In this document: in pieces, positions 57,551-64,000 of the stretch
Layout: each line of letters opens with the position of its first letter
Position numbering within the stretch: the stretch's first letter is position 1
Assembly: GCA_963753035.1 (NCBI GenBank)
Contig: CAVWAW010000020.1
Location: 14,040 to 78,039, forward strand
Reading direction: 5' to 3'
Length of the DNA: 64,000 bases
From: an uncultured Acidobacteriota bacterium
Lineage (GTDB): Bacteria > Acidobacteriota > Thermoanaerobaculia > Thermoanaerobaculales > Sulfomarinibacteraceae
Position numbers and translations under genes: made by a program
Notes under the pieces: generated by a model
What the model was told of the DNA's origin: nothing
What the model saw: the letters and a program-made list of their open reading frames with translations, nothing else
Databases searched by the model: none

Positions 57551-57899
57551 ATTCAGCGTTCCACTCACGGGCGACGTTGGTCAACGCAAAGGCGCCAAGT
57601 CGCAAAGGCGCAAAGACATCGCATGATTGACTCATCGCACCATCGCAGCCTCTCATCACAGGGAACTCGCACCAATTCCAGGCGGAGCCGCTGCGCCGGG
57701 GCGCAGTGGGCCGTGGGATCGGGTGGGCGGGACGAACGCTGGAGTTCGGCACGGCCAGCCGATCCCACGGTGTCGGCGGTCGGAGACCGTCGTCGCCTCC
57801 GCCGCCTGAGAACCTCATCCGTGTCGATCCGCGAAATCCGTGTCCCATTTGCGATGATGTGATGCCTCTGCGTCTCTGCGTCTCTGCGCCTCTGCGTTG
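57500..57899. repeat. ~400-bp element bounded by ~36-nt inverted repeats of (gcagaggc/gcagagac) units
   Basis: caacgcagaggcgcagagacgcagaggcgcagagac (57500-57535) compared with gcctctgcgtctctgcgtctctgcgcctctgcgttg (57864-57899). A degenerate direct copy of the left arm is at ~57582-57629. Confidence 0.75.
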
Positions 57900-57935
57900 A
57901 AACTGCGATGCCCCCGTCTCCCGCGGACCGACGCC

Positions 57936-57959
57936 AAAAAACCCGCGCTGAGCGCGGGT
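57936..57959 (-). terminator. Rho-independent terminator of infC
   Basis: On the minus strand: acccgcgc-tca-gcgcgggt (8-bp stem) followed by tttttt, 24 nt after the infC stop. Confidence 0.8.
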
Positions 57960-57983
57960 CGGATGTGTGTTCTTCGTTTGAAT

Positions 57984-58529
57984 CTACTTTTTGAGGGGTC
58001 TCAACACCATGGTGAGATCGCGACCCTCGAGACGATCGGGCATCTTTTCGAGCTTGGCCACGTCCTCGAGGTCTGCGGCAACCCGCCGGAGCAGTTCGAA
58101 GCCGTTCTCCGGACGACGCATCTCGCGCATGCGAAACATGATGGTCACCTTGACGTGCTTTCCCTGATCGAGAAACTTGCGGGCCCGATTCGTTTTGGTG
58201 TTGAAATCGTGGATGTTGATGTTGGGTCGGTACTTGACCTCTTTGAGGTCGACCTGGTGCTGCTGCTTCTTGGCCTCACGCGCCTTCTTCTCCTGCTCGA
58301 AGCGAAAGCGCCCATAGTCCATGATCTTGCAGACGATGGGACGAGAGTTGGCGGCGACCTCTACGAGATCGAGCCCCACATCACGAGCCATTCTCAGGGC
58401 CTCGTCGACGGGGACCACGCCAACCTGTTCGCCATCGGCGCCGATGAGGCGGACCGGCGTGAGCCGGATTCGTTCATTGATTCGCACCTGGGGTGCTTCA
58501 GGATCGTCTCGGAACGCGAACTTGCGGAT
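57984..58529 (-). CDS. infC: Translation initiation factor IF-3, probable non-AUG (ATC) start
   Basis: RINERIRLTPVRLIGADGEQ.GVV....AL..A...GLDLVEV......PVCKIMDYGRFRFE... is canonical IF-3. The ORF track starts at GTG 58487, but the frame is open upstream to ATC-ATC (58532-58527), which is preceded by aaggagg. Confidence 0.9.
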   Translation of the reverse strand: MRKFAFRDDPEAPQVRINERIRLTPVRLIGADGEQVGVVPVDEALRMARDVGLDLVEVAANSRPIVCKIMDYGRFRFEQEKKAREAKKQQHQVDLKEVKYRPNINIHDFNTKTNRARKFLDQGKHVKVTIMFRMREMRRPENGFELLRRVAADLEDVAKLEKMPDRLEGRDLTMVLRPLKK

Positions 58530-58628
58530 GATTTGCCTCCTTTGTCTCTCGGTTGTCTCCGCACCCGGCCGAACCTTCGGCCAGGCTGAAATCGCAGTAT
58601 ATCAAACGAGAAGTCAATCAAACACAAT

Positions 58629-58652
58629 GCCGGGACGGATTCCCGTCCCGGC
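58629..58652 (-). terminator. Hairpin terminator candidate after the C25 peptidase gene
   Basis: gccgggacgg-att-cccgtcccggc lies 16 nt downstream of the stop. On the minus strand it is followed by attgtgtttgatt (moderately T-rich). Confidence 0.5.
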
Positions 58653-58668
58653 AGCCCATTGAGGGTCG

Positions 58669-61600
58669 CTAGAGTTCGCCGATCGCCATGGTCCAGTTGC
58701 CGCAGCCACCGACTTCGAAATCATCTCCGAAGAGCATGTCGCAGGGCGCAGTGGTCTCGATCTTGATATCGTCCACCCACCAACCGGTGCTCGATACACT
58801 ACTGTCGCAGCCGAAACGGAAGCGAATCCAGAGATCGCCGCCCGCGAGAGCGGAGAGATCGACCTCGACCTGCTGCAGCGGCCCGGAGCCCGCCCAGAAG
58901 TCCCGGCCGGCCAAGGGGTTCGAGCTGTAGGACCCGACCGCCCCGTTGTATCCGCCGGAGAGGAAAACGCCGCCCGCGGCTTCCACATCAACCCAGTTCG
59001 ACCCATCGGTCGACACCTCGAGGACGCCGCCGTCATAGTTGTTCTCCGTCGTGAAGTGGTGCCAGAACGAGAGCATCGGCGAACCGCCGCCGAGGGAGAA
59101 CGGTCCCGCCTCCAGGCGATCATCCTTGACGTTGTCTTCATCGGAAGTGAACCAGGAATGGGTGGGGGAACTCGTTCCGGCATCCGTGACAATGGCCCAA
59201 TTCGGCCCCGGTCCCGGGTCGACGACCGTGTCCACGGTCCACCCACCCTGCCCCGCTTCCACATCATCGTTGAGGGCGACGGCCTGGGTGAAGGTGGTGA
59301 ACGGCGCGGTGGGCGCGCTCATGCTCGAATTGCCCAGCGCGTCGGCCGAAGCAACCGTGACCGTGTAATCGGTGCATGGTTGCAGCCCGTCGAGGAGGAG
59401 TTCGTGATCAACGCCAAAGGCGACGTCGGTGACGATCAGGCCACCGGGATTGACCTGCGCCCAGGAATCTCCCGCCTCATCCGTGGTCCAACGCACCACC
59501 GCCGAGGTGGCGCCGACCTCGAAGACACCGATGTTGCTGATGGCTGGCCCGGCGCAGTCGAGGACCGCGGTGTCGGTCTTGGCGGCCGGCGAACCCGATC
59601 CCGTGTCAGCGTCGTTGTAGGTCACGGTCAGGATCTCGCCGTGCGCAACCGTGAGATCCGTACCCAGAGCGGCCGTTCCATGGAACTGGACGACCCCGAC
59701 TCCGATGCTCGACAACTCGACCGGGACCGACCCGCCCGAGGGCGACGAGAGAAAGACGTTGAACGGCGGATCGCCATCCAGATCTTCGTCAAAGACATCG
59801 ATGGCGACAGCCGAGTCACAGCGATAGATCGTGCCATCGAGCACCACCACCCCATCGGAGCCCGCCGCAACCATAGTCGTGGCGTCGGTGGGCAGATGGT
59901 TGTGAGCCGTGACCCGAACCAGAAGATCCGAGCCCGGCGATGGAGCGTCGATGGGGAAGTTCGCGACCCCTGCCGGGTCGGTCAGCCCCGCCCCGAGAAG
60001 AACGCCGTTCTGGGTCACGCCGACCATGGCCAGGGGGACCGGCCCCACCGCTCCATCACTCACGGTCACGCTGAAGGTGTCCGCCACCGGCGGCACCACC
60101 GGAGGTGCTCCGACGGTCATGGCAATGGGCGCTCTCGTGAAGGGATCCAGCGTCGGGTCGCCGTTGAGGTTGTACATGGGCCAGTAGTAGGTTTCGTTGC
60201 CGCCGCGAAGGGTCACCTCGGAGAGGCCTGCATAGCAGGCCGCGATGTTCGAGTAGAGACCGTCCCAATCGCCGATGTTCCCGACCATGTCGTCGTCGAA
60301 GAGGGCATCGAAGAAGCCCTTCTCGAGCCAGTCGTCCTCATCCCAGTAGGTCGAGTTGGAGCCGCCCCAATAGGAAACGAAGCCTTTGTCCGCAAGGGTC
60401 ACGGTGACCTCGCCGAAGACGTCGGCATTGGTCGCCCACTGATTGGAAAGACAACAGTGGCCGTGGCCGAGGGGGTACTGGTCGGCGTTGGCGAGGTTGG
60501 GCACATCGCTGCTGTAAAATGGCGGATCGCCCGCCATTCCACTCTGACCGCAGTGCGCCGAATACACCGCCCAGGCGCGGCCGGTGTTGAGATCGGCAAT
60601 GAGCTGGGCCGTGGTCGGGTTCTGCGTATCGCCAAACCAGACTTCGCACTCGGCGTTGTTGGGCGCCGGTTCCATGAGTTCGGCGACCACGTCTTCGTGG
60701 GTCGTCACGCCGTTTGGAATGTAGTCATCGCCGGCGAGAAAGAGCGCCCGGTTCAGCCACGCCGAATTGGCGGCGGTGGGTTGCTCGTAATGCAGGATCT
60801 TGTCGCGCATGTTGGCCAACTCGGTGCTGTCGTCGATAGGCCAACGGGCGATCATGAGATCCGGGTAGAGATCGCCGTCCATCTGGACATAGGGCAGATC
60901 CGTGCCGCCGGTTCCGCCGCCGGACGGCGTGTAGGTCGGCAGCGGCGACGGCGAGTCGCCGATCATGAGGATGTAAACCGGCGGCGTCGGGCCGTTGTAG
61001 AGCCCGGTGATGTAGCTCTTGATCGCCGTCGTCGTGGTTCCAGCGACGTCGGTGGTCACCACCGAAACGTTGTAACCGGTGCTGGTTTTCCACTCGACAA
61101 ACGGTGCGAGATCCGCGACGAACTGCGGCGGGGTGATGATGAGAAACTCCACCGGCGCGGCGTCGGGATAGGCCCACCCGCCGGCATCGGCGAAGTTGAG
61201 GTTGAGGGCGGCCGCATTCAGGAACGCATCGTAGTGGCGGCTCGACAACCGCTCTTTGACGGCTGCCGTCGCCGCGATATCGCCGCCCGAAATCTCGATC
61301 GTGACCCGCGTCCGTGTGGCGAACTCGACGGTCCCGGCGGCGACATCGTAGGTCACCGGCGAGGTAGTCAGGAGCATCATCTGATGGTCGCGGAACCCGA
61401 AGGGTCCGGTCATGGTCGGCCGAGAGCGATCGACGTTCCCGGCATAGGCCTTGGAATCGAAGCTGAACCGCCATGCGTCCGCTTCGGGGCAGTCGCACTT
61501 GGGCATGGGGAGCTGGGCGGGATAGACCGTGGTCGGAAGACCTTCGGTGGCGAGGTTCACGAGCGTCCGTTCGAGGACAGTTGTGGTCACCGATGCGGTC

Positions 61601-61905
61601 GCGCCACGGGGAACCTCGACAAAACGCCGCAGGGCGGGCAGCAGGGGCTCACCGGGCCGACCGATCTGGCCCAATCCGGGCACGCTCAGCTTGGCAAAAG
61701 CACCAGCAGCCTCGGTAGCGACGTTCTCAACGGACACACCGGGGATCACGAGATCGAACTCGACGGTGTTCACTCCCGTCCGCGCGACCTCAACCCGAGC
61801 TTCCGAGAACGGTCGGTCGTTGGTGAATTCAATCCACTGTTCGTCCGCAGCCGCAAAGCCGCCGATGACCAAAACAAGCATTCCAATGGCGATTCTGATT
61901 CGCAT
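58669..61905 (-). CDS. Secreted peptidase C25 (gingipain-like) family protein with Ig/FN3-like and jelly-roll C-terminal domains
   Basis: 1078 aa with a signal peptide and propeptide-like N-terminus. C25 core: FLIITPPQFV...WKTSTGYNV...YILMIGD...DLPY...ARWP...AVYSAHCG...GHGHCCLSNQW. This is followed by an FN3-like segment (VVRWTTDEAGDSW..YTVTV) and a MAM/LamG-like end. Confidence 0.75.
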   Translation of the reverse strand: MRIRIAIGMLVLVIGGFAAADEQWIEFTNDRPFSEARVEVARTGVNTVEFDLVIPGVSVENVATEAAGAFAKLSVPGLGQIGRPGEPLLPALRRFVEVPRGATASVTTTVLERTLVNLATEGLPTTVYPAQLPMPKCDCPEADAWRFSFDSKAYAGNVDRSRPTMTGPFGFRDHQMMLLTTSPVTYDVAAGTVEFATRTRVTIEISGGDIAATAAVKERLSSRHYDAFLNAAALNLNFADAGGWAYPDAAPVEFLIITPPQFVADLAPFVEWKTSTGYNVSVVTTDVAGTTTTAIKSYITGLYNGPTPPVYILMIGDSPSPLPTYTPSGGGTGGTDLPYVQMDGDLYPDLMIARWPIDDSTELANMRDKILHYEQPTAANSAWLNRALFLAGDDYIPNGVTTHEDVVAELMEPAPNNAECEVWFGDTQNPTTAQLIADLNTGRAWAVYSAHCGQSGMAGDPPFYSSDVPNLANADQYPLGHGHCCLSNQWATNADVFGEVTVTLADKGFVSYWGGSNSTYWDEDDWLEKGFFDALFDDDMVGNIGDWDGLYSNIAACYAGLSEVTLRGGNETYYWPMYNLNGDPTLDPFTRAPIAMTVGAPPVVPPVADTFSVTVSDGAVGPVPLAMVGVTQNGVLLGAGLTDPAGVANFPIDAPSPGSDLLVRVTAHNHLPTDATTMVAAGSDGVVVLDGTIYRCDSAVAIDVFDEDLDGDPPFNVFLSSPSGGSVPVELSSIGVGVVQFHGTAALGTDLTVAHGEILTVTYNDADTGSGSPAAKTDTAVLDCAGPAISNIGVFEVGATSAVVRWTTDEAGDSWAQVNPGGLIVTDVAFGVDHELLLDGLQPCTDYTVTVASADALGNSSMSAPTAPFTTFTQAVALNDDVEAGQGGWTVDTVVDPGPGPNWAIVTDAGTSSPTHSWFTSDEDNVKDDRLEAGPFSLGGGSPMLSFWHHFTTENNYDGGVLEVSTDGSNWVDVEAAGGVFLSGGYNGAVGSYSSNPLAGRDFWAGSGPLQQVEVDLSALAGGDLWIRFRFGCDSSVSSTGWWVDDIKIETTAPCDMLFGDDFEVGGCGNWTMAIGEL

Positions 61906-62029
61906 GCAAACCCCTCCGCCCGAATTCAGCCGGGCGCTTTGATCAGATCATGATGACAGTGTTGCAACTCTTGTCAATTCTGATACTTAGAACGATTCCT
62001 GATAACAATTGAACGCTGTGGATGTAACC

Positions 62030-62375
62030 CTCATCACCGGCCTTCTGGGCCGCCGGGACGCTTTGGCGTCCCGGCGGCCCAGCGTCGCACCATCGGCGTG
62101 GTCGTGTGTTGGTTGATTGAGAGGGCTGCGACCACGCCGATGGCGCGCCGACGGCCTGCCTCGTTGCCGGAGAGCAGACGCATCGCGCTCTCCCGGGGGA
62201 GCCCGGTATGACATTGTGCGGGGAGTGCCGCGAAACCGGTTTGTCGATCCGGCACAATGTCAAACCCGGCACCCCGTTGGGGCGTGAATTTCCGCGGGTC
62301 CTGGTCGGCTTCTGTCCCTGTCCCGTGTCGCTGTCGCTGTCGCTGAGTCCTGCCTCTGTCTCTGTCCCGGGCGCG
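62030..62375 (-). repeat. Composite repeat family 3, copy 3 (inverted relative to copies 1 and 2)
   Basis: The reverse complement reads ...gacagaagccgaccaggacccgcggaaattcacgccccaacggggtgccgggtttgacattgtgccgg...cacaatgtcataccgggctccc...gtggtcgcagccc...ccagaaggccggtga. Confidence 0.8.
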
Positions 62376-62389
62376 GATATACTCCCCCG

Positions 62390-64000
62390 GTGCCGCAACG
62401 CGCCCATTTCTCCACCGCCACCCTCTTAACGACATCGGCCTTTGCGTCGGGGATCGCGGCGCTGGTCCTCGAACTCCAATGGGGACGACAGCTCGCCCTC
62501 ACCTTCGGCGGCTCGCACAACGCCGTTGCCGCCGTGCTCACCGCATTCATGCTCGGACTCGGGCTGGGCAGTTGGCTCGGGGGACGGAGGGCCGATCGAC
62601 TCCAACGGCCGGCGCTGGCGATCGCGAGGATCGAGCTCGCCCTTGTCGTCCTAGGCCCGCTGCTCGCGTTGGTCCTGACACAACTCCCGGCCCTCGCCTC
62701 CCACTGGCTTCCCGGAATCGCCTCCGCCAACCACCCGCTCTTTGTCGCCTCACGGCTCGTGCTCGCGCTCGGGTTGCTCATTGTTCCCACCACGCTCATG
62801 GGCGCGACCTACCCGATTTTGGTGCGGGCGAACGCCGTCGACCTCAATCACCTCCACAGCGGCATCGGCCGACTCTATGCCGCCAACACCCTCGGTGGCG
62901 TTGTCGGCGTTCTTCTCGCCGGTTTCGCGGTGCTGCCGATCCTCGGGATCCCGGGATCCATCGCCCTGGCGGCGGGGGCCAATGCAGTTGCCGCCTGCGC
63001 CGCTCTGATTGCGTCCAGCCGCACCACCGACCCCCAGCCATCCGGCGATCGAAAACGGCAGCAACCCACCCACGGATCGGTCCGTCCGTCATGGGCCCTC
63101 CTGGCCGCAGCCGGCGGCTCCGGCGCCCTGGTCCTCGGCGCGGAGACCTTGTGGCACCGGGCGCTCAAGATGGTGCTGGCCAACTCGACCGCCACCTTCA
63201 CCCTGCTTCTCGCCCTCACGCTCACCGGACTCGGTCTGGGTGCAGTGGCAGGTTCGCCGCTGCTTCGGCGCGCCAGGGTCCTCGCCAACTGGTCCAGGCT
63301 CCAATTCGGCGCCGTGGCGCTGCTCGTCGTTCAGGCTGCGTTCATGCCGGAAATCGCCACCGTCGTTCGCCTCATCCGGCCGGACACCGGTTGGGCCCGG
63401 GTTCTGGTCCCCCCGCTGGTCGTCGGAGGCATTCTGGTGCTTCCCGTAACCCTGCTCTTCGGCGCCGCCTGGCCGTTGCTGCTCAAGGCCGCCACCCCGC
63501 GAATCGATGACGGCGGCCGGAACATCGGCCGCATGAGCGTCGTCAACTCGGTGGGCGCCGCCGTCGGAGCGGCGGTGGTCGGGCTGGCGATTCTCCCCAG
63601 CGCGGGTTTCGGCCACTCCATGCTCGCCATGGCGGCCCTCGGCTCGGGTCTCGTGGTCCTGGGTCTCTCGGCTGAGAAGGGCACCCGGTCCAGACCGACC
63701 AGGCGGATGAGGTCATTCGCCGGAGTCACCTGCGTCGCGCTGTTGGTCATCTCGGTGGTTTCTCCCTCCTTCGGCCGGGTTCCACTTCCCTCGATGGCGT
63801 TGAATCCTGGGGAAGTCGAGGTTCTCAGCTACGAGGAGACGTCATCGGGGACCGTGGTGGTCACCGAACACCCGGCAACCGCCGCCCGCTCCATGTATGT
63901 CGACAACAACGCCGTCATCGGCGCGAGCTACGACGCCCTCAAGGTGGCGCGGATGCTTGGACTCATCCCTACGGTCCTGCATCCGTCGCCGCGGCGCGCC
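62390..64000 (+). CDS. Fused MFS-like membrane domain/spermidine-synthase-like protein (3' end outside window)
   Basis: This frame is absent from the ORF track because it has no stop before the window end. It is open from GTG 62390. Translation: ...SAFASGIAALVLELQWGRQLALTFGGSHNAVAAVLTAFMLGLGLGSWLGG..., many TM segments, then ...EVLSYEETSSGTVVVTE...SMYVDNNAVIG, typical of the spermidine-synthase-like fusion family. Confidence 0.6.
   Translation, partial: MPQRAHFSTATLLTTSAFASGIAALVLELQWGRQLALTFGGSHNAVAAVLTAFMLGLGLGSWLGGRRADRLQRPALAIARIELALVVLGPLLALVLTQLPALASHWLPGIASANHPLFVASRLVLALGLLIVPTTLMGATYPILVRANAVDLNHLHSGIGRLYAANTLGGVVGVLLAGFAVLPILGIPGSIALAAGANAVAACAALIASSRTTDPQPSGDRKRQQPTHGSVRPSWALLAAAGGSGALVLGAETLWHRALKMVLANSTATFTLLLALTLTGLGLGAVAGSPLLRRARVLANWSRLQFGAVALLVVQAAFMPEIATVVRLIRPDTGWARVLVPPLVVGGILVLPVTLLFGAAWPLLLKAATPRIDDGGRNIGRMSVVNSVGAAVGAAVVGLAILPSAGFGHSMLAMAALGSGLVVLGLSAEKGTRSRPTRRMRSFAGVTCVALLVISVVSPSFGRVPLPSMALNPGEVEVLSYEETSSGTVVVTEHPATAARSMYVDNNAVIGASYDALKVARMLGLIPTVLHPSPRRA

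Noticed and set aside
59056-61953. 965-aa plus-strand ORF antisense to the C25 peptidase gene. There are similar long antisense or overlapping ORFs at 401-1495(-), 15226-16842(-), 24976-26175(-), 27083-28873(-), 43973-44953(-), 22849-23739(+), 47446-48714(+), 48533-49480(+) and 49972-51153(+).
   Set aside because: Translations are Arg/Gly/Asp/His-rich low-complexity sequences with no recognisable motifs. Each lies opposite a gene with clear family signatures. Long stop-free antisense frames are expected in GC-rich DNA.

Overview
This is a GC-rich bacterial chromosomal window from a diderm organism (TonB-dependent receptor, LolB-like lipoprotein, outer-membrane barrels). The phylum cannot be fixed from the sequence alone. 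I annotate about 52 protein-coding genes and one tRNA-Gln. I found no rRNA, CRISPR, transposase, integrase or phage genes.

Housekeeping genes: leuS, an hbd-like dehydrogenase, a tsaC-like gene, ugd with a DegT aminotransferase and a GT4 glycosyltransferase, mtaD, usp, a pth-rplY-prs-tRNA(Gln)-spoVG-ispE-lolB-like block, a DEAD-box helicase, queG and infC. There is also an envelope-stress module: a Spy/CpxP-like gene divergent from a CpxR/CpxA-like pair that reads here as one fused ORF.

Main result: 30.8-43.5 kb on the minus strand holds ten tightly packed genes.
- Five secreted multiheme c-type cytochromes with 21, 4, 4, 7+1 and 13+1 heme-binding motifs (49 CXXCH plus 2 CX3CH).
- Three NHL beta-propeller proteins.
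- One predicted outer-membrane beta-barrel and one parvulin PPIase.
- No catalytic or quinol-oxidising partner.
I read this as a candidate extracellular electron-transfer or cytochrome-filament assembly system. Its NHL-tetraheme module is duplicated, and the small tetrahemes carry the CxxCHTTH(N/D) N-terminal motif that I recall from OmcS.

Convergent to it, at 26.2-30.8 kb on the plus strand, is an unusual unit: a CxC-rich secreted miniprotein, a TonB-dependent receptor, a His-tailed periplasmic protein, a NapH-type membrane polyferredoxin and a Tat-signal 4-Cys miniprotein.

Long intergenic regions outside 20-55 kb are filled with at least three families of structured repeats. Two copies of one family bracket a four-helix-bundle (23S-IVS-type) gene.

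Four genes show 1-nt frame breaks and a fifth locus (the CpxR/CpxA-like fusion) probably does, so the assembly is probably indel-prone. All family calls come from motif reading of the supplied translations. No database search or folding was run. Coordinates of intergenic elements are good to about +/-2 nt.
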